Part shown: positions 53,955-62,821 of the stretch, one piece after another
Layout: each line of letters starts with the position of its first letter
How positions within the stretch are numbered: the first letter of the stretch is position 1
Assembly: GCF_016026235.1 (NCBI RefSeq)
Contig: NZ_CP065613.1
Reading direction: 5' to 3' (one strand)
Source of the DNA: Escherichia coli
GTDB lineage: Bacteria > Pseudomonadota > Gammaproteobacteria > Enterobacterales > Enterobacteriaceae
Length of the DNA: 64,000 nt
The notes under the pieces: generated by a model
The model's database searches: none
What the model was told of the DNA's origin: nothing
The model's input: only the letters and a program-made list of their open reading frames with translations
Translations under genes and position numbers: made by a program

Positions 53955-54767
53955 TTACCCAAACGCCTCTACAATCACCATCGCCGCCCGTTCTCCCGCT
54001 TTGCCATCCATAAACGCATCGCAATAATGATGGCGAATTTCCGCCAGCTTCGTCTGCACCGCCCCCCAGTCAAACGCCTCTGACAGCAAATAACGCAGTT
54101 CCGCGACATTATGAGCCACCGGCAATATTTCGCGAATCCGCTGGTCGGCGCTCTCTGCCGTGGAGTAACTTTTCTCACCGTCGAGCAAATCATTCATGCC
54201 CGGAAAGTCGAGCAGGATCACCCGCTTATCAACGTGGATAGCATCGAAAATAAAACCGCTGTTATCGGTCAGCACGTAATCGGCCTTTGCCAGTAGCGCC
54301 AGCGTGTGGCGGGCGGAGTCGGTGCGCTGTTTTAAGTGCCTGCGCGCCAGGGCCAGCGATGCGGCTTCTTCCGGGCGTGAGCAGGTGCCGTGGTGCAGTT
54401 TGCAAATCAGGTTCACATCACCGCTTAAGCGGCCCAATTTTTCTGCCCAGTGGGGCAGGGAGCTTAGTGCGCCAAACGTTGGGGCGTAGAGCACCGTAGG
54501 TTTACGGTCATCCAGTTCGATATTTCTCGGCAACGCGCGATCAAACGTGCCGTTATGCCAGGCGTCGAAGCGCGGGTTGCCGACCACTTTTGCGCTGCCG
54601 AAATGTTCCAGCGCCTGCTGGCTGTAGTGGCTGTAACACAAAATGCGCTGATAAAAACGGTTCCAGTCGGCGTGGTTCCACGTCTCTTTAGCTAAGCCGT
54701 ACATAGCGCGGACGTTCACCGCTGCCAGGCCATTGAGTATGGCGTGTGGTAGGGGCTGACCAGGCAT
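53955..54767 (-). CDS. CDP-glycerol glycerophosphotransferase (TagF/TagB-like) C-terminal region
   Basis: 270 aa with TagF-family blocks GNPRFD, VLYAPTF, KLHH, YVLTDNSGFIFDAIHVDKRVILLD. Confidence 0.65.
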   Translation of the reverse strand: MPGQPLPHAILNGLAAVNVRAMYGLAKETWNHADWNRFYQRILCYSHYSQQALEHFGSAKVVGNPRFDAWHNGTFDRALPRNIELDDRKPTVLYAPTFGALSSLPHWAEKLGRLSGDVNLICKLHHGTCSRPEEAASLALARRHLKQRTDSARHTLALLAKADYVLTDNSGFIFDAIHVDKRVILLDFPGMNDLLDGEKSYSTAESADQRIREILPVAHNVAELRYLLSEAFDWGAVQTKLAEIRHHYCDAFMDGKAGERAAMVIVEAFG

Positions 54768-56392
54768 TTCACTCGCAGGCCGTGTGCCTGCATTGCCGAT
54801 AAGTGCATTCCTTTAAGCTGCGGGTCGTCGATGCTTTTTAGCGTTGCCAGCATCTCATCAAGAAACGGTTTAAACACGCGGTCGTTGATCACCAGCGTGC
54901 AGCTCTGCCCCTGCGCCTGTAGCGCGGTGATGATTGGGCGGTAGAGCGCGTAGTGGAAGGAGGTTTCCATAAAAAAGCCGATGGTGTCGGCGATGGGTAA
55001 TGCGGATGGCTTTGTGGCTACGGGTAACTTATTGAAATAGTGACCAATGTTGTCAGTCGCTTTTTTCTCTATATCGCTAAAGCCCGGTCGCTGATAACTA
55101 AGGCTCGGATAACAGGCCAGCCATTTGTCGGCGCGTAGCAGCGGCTGCCAGCAGGCTTCCAGCGAGTGCTCATCGTTGCTCATCTGCTGCGCCAGTTGCG
55201 GGTAGTAGCGGCTGTTCACCAGATAAGCGCATACCTTGCGGCAGTCCCGCGCGTGCACCAGCCCCGGCAAACTTTTTAGCATCGTTCCCTGCGAAATTTC
55301 GCCGCCAAGGATCATCACCTGCCAGGGAATTTTCGCCAGGCTCGCCAGCAGCGTGTTCAGCACCTGAATATGTTTCTCCTGCTTGAGAATAACCGCGTCA
55401 TCTTCCAGCAGCAGGTAGTTTTGCCAGCTGTGCTGTTGCGCCAGGCGCAGCGCCTGCAAGTGTGAATGGCGGCGGCCCCGTTGACCGTTTTCATCTTCAT
55501 TGGCGGCAAGGCGGGTGATCTTCTCGGGTGGAATATGCAGCAGTGCCAGTTCTTCACGGATCTGCTGTAAGCGATCCGGGCGTTTATCCAGATTCACGAT
55601 GACCACCTGATCAATCGCCTGATGGTTGATTGCCTGGTGATGAGTGGCGTTATGCAGACTCAGATAAGCGTTGCGTAGCAGCGGATCGCTGACGATGTCG
55701 CTCAGTTCGGCGTTTACAGGCGTGCTGGCCCCGAGAATAAAGTCTTTATCAAAGGTGTTGTGGCTGTGCGAGATACACAGAATCGTGCGCTCGCCGGGCA
55801 ACTGCAGCGGGTTAACGCTGAAATTGTTGGTGAAACTTTTCTCTTCGCTCAGATTGCAATCGTCATCGTAACGGTGCTTTTTCAGGTAGTTACAGTGATA
55901 GCAAAAGGTGCCGTTGAGGATGTTATGCGGGCCAAAGCTGCGGCTTTGAAAGATACGGTTGATATGGCTGTACCAGATGGGGATCTGGTCAGAACCGGAG
56001 ATGAGCGCCCGGTGTTTTTGCATTATGGCGATGGTGTAAGAGATTTTATCTGCCGGGTAGTAGTCGTCGTCATCCATGCAGAGGATATATTCGCCGCGCG
56101 CCAGTTCGTTGAGCATATTGCGTTTTTTGCCCAGCGGCAGTTTTTCCGGGTGATGGATGTAGCGGATGTTGAAGGACTCCGGCGTGCCATTGGTCAGGCG
56201 GTCGATGATGTGTTGATGGCTTTGCGGGGAGTCGTCGAGGATGACCAGTTCGCGGTGATCTGCCGGGTAGTCCTGATAGCGGTACATGTAGAGCAGGTAC
56301 GGCAGGAATGTGGCACGGTTCCAAGTTGGCGTGACGACGCTCACGAAGGGTTTTTCGCGGTGAGTAGCGAGTGTTTTGATGATGGTTTGCAT
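54716..56392 (-). CDS. Multidomain glycosyltransferase (GT2-like N-terminus, GT25-like middle, TagF-like tail)
   Basis: 558 aa; GT2-type start (VSVVTPTWNRATFLP...ILDDSP, DDD), central VVIVNLDKRPDRL block; overlaps the downstream TagF-like ORF by 52 nt in another frame. Confidence 0.6.
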   Translation of the reverse strand: MQTIIKTLATHREKPFVSVVTPTWNRATFLPYLLYMYRYQDYPADHRELVILDDSPQSHQHIIDRLTNGTPESFNIRYIHHPEKLPLGKKRNMLNELARGEYILCMDDDDYYPADKISYTIAIMQKHRALISGSDQIPIWYSHINRIFQSRSFGPHNILNGTFCYHCNYLKKHRYDDDCNLSEEKSFTNNFSVNPLQLPGERTILCISHSHNTFDKDFILGASTPVNAELSDIVSDPLLRNAYLSLHNATHHQAINHQAIDQVVIVNLDKRPDRLQQIREELALLHIPPEKITRLAANEDENGQRGRRHSHLQALRLAQQHSWQNYLLLEDDAVILKQEKHIQVLNTLLASLAKIPWQVMILGGEISQGTMLKSLPGLVHARDCRKVCAYLVNSRYYPQLAQQMSNDEHSLEACWQPLLRADKWLACYPSLSYQRPGFSDIEKKATDNIGHYFNKLPVATKPSALPIADTIGFFMETSFHYALYRPIITALQAQGQSCTLVINDRVFKPFLDEMLATLKSIDDPQLKGMHLSAMQAHGLRVKCLVSPYHTPYSMAWQR

Positions 56393-57092
56393 GATATGTT
56401 TACGAAGTAGATAAGGCCGGGAAAAACCGGCCTGAAAGCGTTAGCAAGGTAGCAGCGAAAACGCATAAAGCAGCGGCTCTGCGCAACATTCAGCCTGAAT
56501 TTGTTGGCGAATCAGCAGCGCATTTTCACTCTCTCGCCAGCGTTCAAACATGGCAAAGAGGGCGAAAATATCCTCCTGCCGCAGCGGAGAACCATCCAGC
56601 GTCCATAAACTGATTAACGTGCGGAGGAGATAAAAATCGCACACCAGCGGGAAATAATCCGCCCCGTCAGTCTGCCCAATCATATCGTGGTAAACGCGGT
56701 AAATCAGCCAGTTACGCATCATCCAGGGCGCGGTGGCAAAATGCTGTTGCCAGGTGGTTTGCCACTGCGTCTGAAGCTGCTGTTGTAACAGGGCTTCGCT
56801 GTTGGCGTCATGCAGCGTCAGTAAAGTAACCTGCAACGGCAGCGAGGCTTTGCGCGGGCTTTCCGGCAAAATCGACCAGTCAAACGCACAACCGCCGAGC
56901 AGCGTCATCAACTGGCGCGCCAGCTGTGGCACGGGTGGGAGCTGGGCGTACTGTGCCTGTAGCGTACCTTTTTTCGCATGATCGGCCAGCGCCTGTGGCA
57001 GCGTCGTCAAACGGGCCAGGATGTCTCCGTCTCTGCCCGGCATTTTGCTGGCGCGGGAGAGCAAAATCCCGACAGCATACAGGGAAAGCTCC

Positions 57093-58383
57093 TGAGGAAT
57101 CCCCAGAAAACAAGACAGGCATAGTGAGATGTGATCTAATTGATTGTGCTAACAATTTCAAGGAGATCACCACTATGCCTGCACGTTCATTATGCCAAAA
57201 TTTCCTTAACAATATACTGGCCCCTTTGCATCTTTACCGTCAAAAATCACTGATTGACGCAACTAATGCTGTAATAAATGGCGCTTCCCTCACACTTACC
57301 AGTATCGGGCGTCATTTAACCGGTACGGCATCAGTTAAAAACAAAATAAAGCGGGTGGATCGACTGTTGGGGAATCGACATTTGCAAAATGAGGTTTCCA
57401 CCATTTTTTAGCGAATTACCCAAAAGATTACGCGGGGAATGTCTCGTGTTGTGATACTCATTGACTGGAGTGCTTATCATGCCTCTCGTTTTCAGCTTTT
57501 GCGGGCAAGCCTGGCATGTGACGGGCGTTCTTTACCGTTGATGAGTTGTGTCGTTCCATCATCACAGACAGCGAATGCAGATGTACATGAGCGTTTTCTG
57601 GAATCGCTTGCTGAGTGCTTTTCCCCCGGGACTGATGTCATTGTTATTACAGATGCCGGTTTTCAGGGGCGATGGTTCCAACAGCTCCGCTCCCGTGGCT
57701 GGACCTATATTTGCCGGGTACTGGGCAATCATTATTACAATGTTGGTAATGGCTGGGAAAAGGTGTCGGACTCAGGCACAAAAGCATCAACGACAGCAAT
57801 TTATTTAGGTGAAGGCCTGCTGGGTCGAGATAAAAATGCACAACATGAAGGGCATTTTTATCTTTATAAAAGTAAGCCTAAAGGTCGTAGATTTAAACGC
57901 TCGAAGGAAAGAGCAACCAGACCATCGGTGACGGCTAAAGCTCGTACTGCCGGGAAATCACCATGGTTTATTTTCACAAACAGTACTGAGTTCTCGCCAA
58001 AACAGGTAATGAAATTATACAGCCGTAGAATGCAAATTGAGCAAAATTTCAGGGATGAAAAAATCCTCGCTGGGGATTTGGACTACGGTTTGGTGCCAGT
58101 CATTCATCCGGGCGGGTCACGGTATTGAGTCTGATCGCAACATTAGCCAGTATCATTATGTGGTTAAGCGGTTTCAGCCTGGAAAACAAAGGGATACATC
58201 ATAAATATCAGGCAAATACAGTGAAGCACAGGCGAGTCATCTCGTTATTAAAACTGGCGGAGAATGTGATTCGACATTCTCCACTCATACTAAACACACT
58301 GTCACTTGACGCAGGGCTGAAAGTTCTACAGCAACGGTATACCAATATGATAATGGTTTACTAAATTTTCTGGGGATCCCTCA
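57093..58383 (+). mobile_element. IS4-family-like insertion sequence, copy 2 (mutated), inverted relative to copy 1
   Basis: Same inverted repeats as copy 1; 11-bp direct repeat GGGAAAGCTCC at 57082-57092 and 58385-58395. Confidence 0.8.
57175..58364 (+). pseudogene. IS transposase pseudogene (nonsense codon plus 1-bp deletion)
   Basis: Relative to copy 1: CAG to TAG at approx 57410 and an A6 run where copy 1 has A7 (approx 58066-58071); track shows three ORF pieces. Confidence 0.75.
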
Positions 58384-58802
58384 GGGGAAAGCTCCGGGGT
58401 TAAATCACGGAGCGTGAGGGTACTCAAAATCACCTGGTTTACTATCGCATCGCGCGCGGAAAGCTCTGCGGAATTATCTTCCACAGGGCGGTAGGTGAGC
58501 TGTAAATCAAAGGCCCTGACATCGTTGAGCACCGCTTCGCAGCTGGCAATATCGGTCAATGACAGGCTCAGGCGAATCTCGTTTTTCCACACCTTGCGGA
58601 CGTATAAAGGCGAACCGGGGTGACGCGCTAAAAATTTGCGCACGTATTCCGGTTCGTAACATTCAATAAAACTCATAGGTGGCTTCCAGTCTTTAATGCT
58701 GTGCAGGATATGCAATAAGCGTGCCGGGGATTTTTGTAATTAAAAACAAGGGATTGGAAATCAGGCGGAAAATCCATTTCCGCTATGGGGAAGGTATTCG
58801 CG

Positions 58803-59231
58803 TTATTCCTGATAGAGAAAATCTGCTTCGCTGCCTAAAAACGACTGAATAAATTCATACTGGCGAATCAACAGCTCGCCGTTTTTATCGTTGTAGGCTT
58901 TGCAGCGTTCCGCTTTTTGCTCAAGGCGTTGCCACAACTGCTGTGCTGCCGCTTTTTGTACCGCAGGAAGCCAGGCAAATACCTGCGCCAGACCGTCACG
59001 ATTTACGCTAACACCGAGCATTTTCAGCAGGCTGTGCCGTTGATGGCTATGTCCATGCAACTGCTCATAGTGATGCATTATCTCCTCGTTTACTGCCAGC
59101 AGCTCCTCGCTGGCGCGGCGAATCATGCAGATCCGCTGGCGCTGGAGACGTTCGCGCAGGGAATCATACAGCGCGTCGTCGTCACGAATTCCCTGCAGCA
59201 ACGCCTTCACCTGTTGTAACCGGATACTCAC
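58803..59231 (-). CDS. lfgN: Lateral flagellar chaperone FlgN-like
   Basis: 142 aa helical protein downstream of flgM homolog; mainly positional. Confidence 0.5.
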   Translation of the reverse strand: MSIRLQQVKALLQGIRDDDALYDSLRERLQRQRICMIRRASEELLAVNEEIMHHYEQLHGHSHQRHSLLKMLGVSVNRDGLAQVFAWLPAVQKAAAQQLWQRLEQKAERCKAYNDKNGELLIRQYEFIQSFLGSEADFLYQE

Positions 59232-59243
59232 TTCATCGGCCTC

Positions 59244-59522
59244 TTAGTTCTGGAAAAAACTCAGCATGTCGCTGGCTAACTGTTCGGTGTTCACTTGCGG
59301 GCTGCCGGAGGCCAGCATCGCCTGCATTTGCGCCACTTTGTCGCTGTCGATATCGCTCTCTTGCTGGTCGTTCAGCGTTTGCTGGGCAGACTGCAATCCC
59401 GCCTGAGTAATGTCGTCGGCGCTCAGCGCCGTGGTGGTGGTCGCCGTGCTTTTGGGCGGCTGGCTGGCGCCTGCCGTCGTGGCTGTCGGGCGATTGCCTG
59501 GCATAGTCGGGGTGATTTTCAT
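59244..59522 (-). CDS. lfgM: Anti-sigma-28 factor FlgM-like
   Basis: 92 aa, Ser/Thr/Gln-rich with FlgM-like C-terminal helix; between flgA and flgN homologs. Confidence 0.55.
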   Translation of the reverse strand: MKITPTMPGNRPTATTAGASQPPKSTATTTTALSADDITQAGLQSAQQTLNDQQESDIDSDKVAQMQAMLASGSPQVNTEQLASDMLSFFQN

Positions 59523-59602
59523 CGCAACCTCGTCTCGGTATTTGGGTGGGTTACACTGGTAAAGCGGTTAACAGGCGGCAAAACTTTAATCGCCTGCGCA
59601 AA

Positions 59603-60361
59603 TTACTCCGCACTTACCGTCGTCACCACGCCGCTTTCTGCCACCATCGCGCTGATGATCCGCTGGCTGCTGGCGTTACGTATTTTCACCATCTCGCCTT
59701 TGCGACCATTTTTCAGCGCCACGCCGGGCATCGAGGCGGTGATCCCTGCGCTCTGGTAAACAATCATCACCGGCTGATCGCGCTCGACCAGCACAGGCGA
59801 AACCAGTTCTTCTTTGGTGATTGGCCTGCCCGGTTGCAGCGCGTGCTTACTGCTTAAACCAATTGCGTCATTGAGATCCATCAACACATCGCGGCGCTGG
59901 GCGCTGACGTTGTAGGGCTTCAACTCCACATCATTCGCCGTGAGCGGCGTATCGCGGGCAACCAGTGACTTTGTCATCACCACCGGCACCAGCACATCCG
60001 GGCGCACCGCCACGTTCATCTGCCAGCTTTGCGGGCAACTGACGGTGAAGTTCATCCGGTTGAGGGCGATTTCCGCAGGCGAAGTGAGCGTAACGCCGGG
60101 TGTTGTCGCACAGGGCGCGGCGGTCGCAATCTGCGAGGGAATGTAGACCTTAAAGGTGTAGCGATAGTCATGCCACTGCCGCTGCTGCGCCAGCGATTCA
60201 ATTTCCTGGCTCGCGGCATTCAGCACCTGGGCGTTGACTTGTTCCCGTGCGCTGTGTTGCACGGGGTGGACGGCGGCGTAGCCCGGTAAGGCCAGCGCCA
60301 GGAGGAAATACAACTTCCGCCTGCAAAATTGAAAACTCATAAACCCTTTCTCATCAGTCAC
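59603..60361 (-). CDS. lfgA: FlgA-like P-ring assembly chaperone
   Basis: 252 aa with signal peptide and C-terminal GEMVKIRNASSQRIISAMV motif; divergent from lfgB. Confidence 0.7.
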   Translation of the reverse strand: MTDEKGFMSFQFCRRKLYFLLALALPGYAAVHPVQHSAREQVNAQVLNAASQEIESLAQQRQWHDYRYTFKVYIPSQIATAAPCATTPGVTLTSPAEIALNRMNFTVSCPQSWQMNVAVRPDVLVPVVMTKSLVARDTPLTANDVELKPYNVSAQRRDVLMDLNDAIGLSSKHALQPGRPITKEELVSPVLVERDQPVMIVYQSAGITASMPGVALKNGRKGEMVKIRNASSQRIISAMVAESGVVTTVSAE

Positions 60362-60374
60362 TTAAAAAATGACA

Positions 60375-60391
60375 CGGCGATTGCTTAGCGT
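60375..60391 (+). promoter_or_regulatory. Candidate sigma-54 promoter upstream of lfgB
   Basis: TGACACGGCGATTGCT matches TGGCAC-N5-TTGC except the first G of the -24 GG; about 30 nt upstream of the lfgB start; sigma-54 activator lafK is in the locus. Confidence 0.25.
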
Positions 60392-60421
60392 ATGCGGATT
60401 GAAGCAGGAGTGACGCAGGAA

Positions 60422-60757
60422 ATGGGGATCAGTTTTCAGCAGGCATTGGGAGTACATCCGCAGGCAGTGAAGTTACGTCTTGAGAGGACCGAGCTACTGA
60501 CTGCGAATCTGGCGAACGTTGATACGCCAAATTTCAAGGCTAAAGATATTGATTTTGCCAGGGAGATGCAACGGGCAAATAACGCGGCGGTGGATGTCCA
60601 GTACCGCGTGCCGATGCAGCCTTCCGAAGATGGCAACACCGTGGAACTGAACAGCGAACAGGCGCGGTTTTCACAAAATAGTATGGATTATCAAAGCAGT
60701 CTGACCTTTCTGAATCTGCAAATCAGCGGCATCAGAGAGGCCATTGAAGGGAAATAA
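60422..60757 (+). CDS. lfgB: Lateral flagellar rod protein FlgB homolog
   Basis: Track ORF 60392..60757; start trimmed to MGISFQQALGVHPQAVKLRLERTELLTANLANVDTPNFKAKDIDF. Confidence 0.8.
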   Translation: MGISFQQALGVHPQAVKLRLERTELLTANLANVDTPNFKAKDIDFAREMQRANNAAVDVQYRVPMQPSEDGNTVELNSEQARFSQNSMDYQSSLTFLNLQISGIREAIEGK

Positions 60758-60759
60758 GC

Positions 60760-61191
60760 ATGTCATTTACTGATATCTATCAGATTTCCGGCTCGGCGAT
60801 GACGGCGCAAACGCTACGTTTGAATACCGTTGCCAGTAACCTGGCGAATGCCAATGCGCCCGCCAGCAGCGAGGCGCAGGCGTATAAAGCGCGCAGCCCA
60901 GTGTTTGCGGCGGTGTATCACCACAGCTTGCTGGCGGGAACGCATCGCCATGCGATCGACGGTGCCAGCGTGCAGGTGCAGGACGTGCTGCAAACCGGCG
61001 GGGCGGTGAAACGCTATGAACCGCATTCGCCGCTCGCCGATGCTAACGGCGACGTCTGGTATCCCGACGTCAACGTGGTGGAACAGATGGCGGACATGAT
61101 GTCGGCCTCGCGCGATTTCGAAACCAATGTCGATGTGCTCAACAACGTGAAAAGTATGCAGCAAAGTTTGCTGAAACTGGGAGAAGCCTGA
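60760..61191 (+). CDS. lfgC: Lateral flagellar rod protein FlgC homolog
   Basis: 143 aa; FlgC-conserved N- and C-terminal blocks. Confidence 0.85.
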   Translation: MSFTDIYQISGSAMTAQTLRLNTVASNLANANAPASSEAQAYKARSPVFAAVYHHSLLAGTHRHAIDGASVQVQDVLQTGGAVKRYEPHSPLADANGDVWYPDVNVVEQMADMMSASRDFETNVDVLNNVKSMQQSLLKLGEA

Positions 61192-61904
61192 TGAATACCC
61201 TGGCGCTGAATGCGCAATCGCCGCAACCCACCGCCACGGCGGAAAGCAATAATGTGGCGGCCAGCGACACGACAAGCAGCAGCGATAGCTCGCCCGTCGA
61301 TACTTTCCTGACGCTGTTTGTCGCCGAGATCCAAAACCAGGACCCGACTGACCCGACCGACGCCACCGAATATATCGACCAGCTTTCGTCGATGGCGCAG
61401 GTGGCGATGATGGAAGAGATGAGTGTGCAGGCCAACACCAACGCGGTGCTGATGAGCAACATCCAGGTGATGGCGCTCGGTAACCTGGTGGGCGACGACA
61501 TTATGGTGCAGACCACCGCCTTGCAGGTGAGCGACCAGACCATAAATGGTCGCGCTACGCTGGACGACGCCTGTACCACCGCCGATCTCCACTTTACCGA
61601 TGCCGCAGGCGATGACTACACCGTCTCGCTGATCCCGGAAGGCAGTTCGTCCGTCGGGCCAGGGCAGGTGGATTTCTCGGTGAACCCTGCCGATTACGGT
61701 ATCCCGCCGGGCGATTACGACGTTTCGGTGGTCACCAATACCGGGGAAGAAGAGGTGCCGATTGAAGTGTCCGGCGAAGTGGAAGATGTGCGCATCCCGC
61801 TCGACGGCAGCTCTCCGGTGCTCAACGTTGCAGGCGTGGGCGAAGTGCCGTTCACCATGATTAGCCAGTTTGGCGTACCCGATGCCGACAGTAATGTAGC
61901 GTGA
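61191..61904 (+). CDS. lfgD: Lateral flagellar hook-cap protein FlgD homolog
   Basis: 237 aa; FLTLFVAEIQNQDPTDP motif typical of FlgD. Confidence 0.75.
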   Translation: MNTLALNAQSPQPTATAESNNVAASDTTSSSDSSPVDTFLTLFVAEIQNQDPTDPTDATEYIDQLSSMAQVAMMEEMSVQANTNAVLMSNIQVMALGNLVGDDIMVQTTALQVSDQTINGRATLDDACTTADLHFTDAAGDDYTVSLIPEGSSSVGPGQVDFSVNPADYGIPPGDYDVSVVTNTGEEEVPIEVSGEVEDVRIPLDGSSPVLNVAGVGEVPFTMISQFGVPDADSNVA

Positions 61905-61919
61905 TGTCCGGTGCCAAAT

Positions 61920-62008
61920 AGCCTGATGCGCTTCGCTTATCAGGCCAACACCAAAGTTATCGCCACCAGCACGCAGCTCGATGACGCGCTGTTCCAGGCA
62001 ATGTAATG
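61920..62008 (+). other. REP-like palindrome plus approx 20-codon coding remnant where lfgE is expected
   Basis: GCCTGATGCGCTTCGCTTATCAGGCC followed by an in-frame ...NTKVIATSTQLDDALFQAM-stop that overlaps the lfgF ATG as TAATG. Confidence 0.45.
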
Positions 62009-62743
62009 GACCGTTTGATTTATACCGCCCTGAGCGGTGCTTCTCAGACCCTGTACGAGCAGCAGATTAGCGCCAACAACCTGGCGAACGTCAACACCAA
62101 CGGTTTTCGCGCCGATATGGCGATGGCGACCAACGACAAGGTGAAAGGCAGCGGCTTCGACACGCGCTATATGGCGCAGGAAGGGGCCAGCGGCGTGAAC
62201 GACAGCACGGGTGTAGCGGAGAAAACCGAACGCCCGCTGGACGTGGCGATTCAGGGCGCGGGTTACATTGCGGTGCAGGATAAAAACGGCAACGAAGTCT
62301 ATACCCGCAACGGCAACATTCAGCAGGACGACCAGGGGCAACTGACTATCGACGGCAATCTGGTGCTGGGGGATAACGGGCCGATCATTCTGCCGCCGAA
62401 CGCCATTGCTTCGTTTGGCAGCGACGGCACGCTGTCGGTGACGCCCGATGACGGCGACGTAACCGCGACGATGGATATCGACCGCCTGAAGCTGGTGGAT
62501 ATCCCGGTCGCTAACCTGGCGAAAAATCCTGAAGGGATGCTGGTGACTAGCGACGGCATTCCGGCCCAGCGCGATGAAAACATCAAAGTCAGCGGCGGTT
62601 TTCTCGAAGGCAGCAACGTCTCGGCGGTGAGCGAGATGATGTCGTCCATCGCCATGAACCGCCAGTTTGAAGCGCAGATCAAAATGATGAAAACCGCCGA
62701 AGATATCAGCGACGCGGGCAACCGCTTATTGCGCGGCTCGTAA
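62006..62743 (+). CDS. lfgF: Lateral flagellar rod protein FlgF homolog
   Basis: 245 aa; MDRLIYTALSGASQTLYEQQISANNLANVNTNGFRAD. Confidence 0.8.
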   Translation: MDRLIYTALSGASQTLYEQQISANNLANVNTNGFRADMAMATNDKVKGSGFDTRYMAQEGASGVNDSTGVAEKTERPLDVAIQGAGYIAVQDKNGNEVYTRNGNIQQDDQGQLTIDGNLVLGDNGPIILPPNAIASFGSDGTLSVTPDDGDVTATMDIDRLKLVDIPVANLAKNPEGMLVTSDGIPAQRDENIKVSGGFLEGSNVSAVSEMMSSIAMNRQFEAQIKMMKTAEDISDAGNRLLRGS

Positions 62744-62749
62744 CCGCAC

Positions 62750-62800
<51 letters not shown>

Positions 62801-62821
62801 AATAACACGGAATTTACCACC

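Larger units (their letters stand above)
56441..58715 (-). pseudogene. Flag-2 variable-region gene of unknown function, interrupted by IS copy 2
   Basis: ORFs 58326..58715 (MSFIECYEPEYVRKF...LTPELS) and 56441..57064 join in frame across the 11-bp target duplication GGGAAAGCTCC to give an approx 320 aa protein. Confidence 0.6.
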
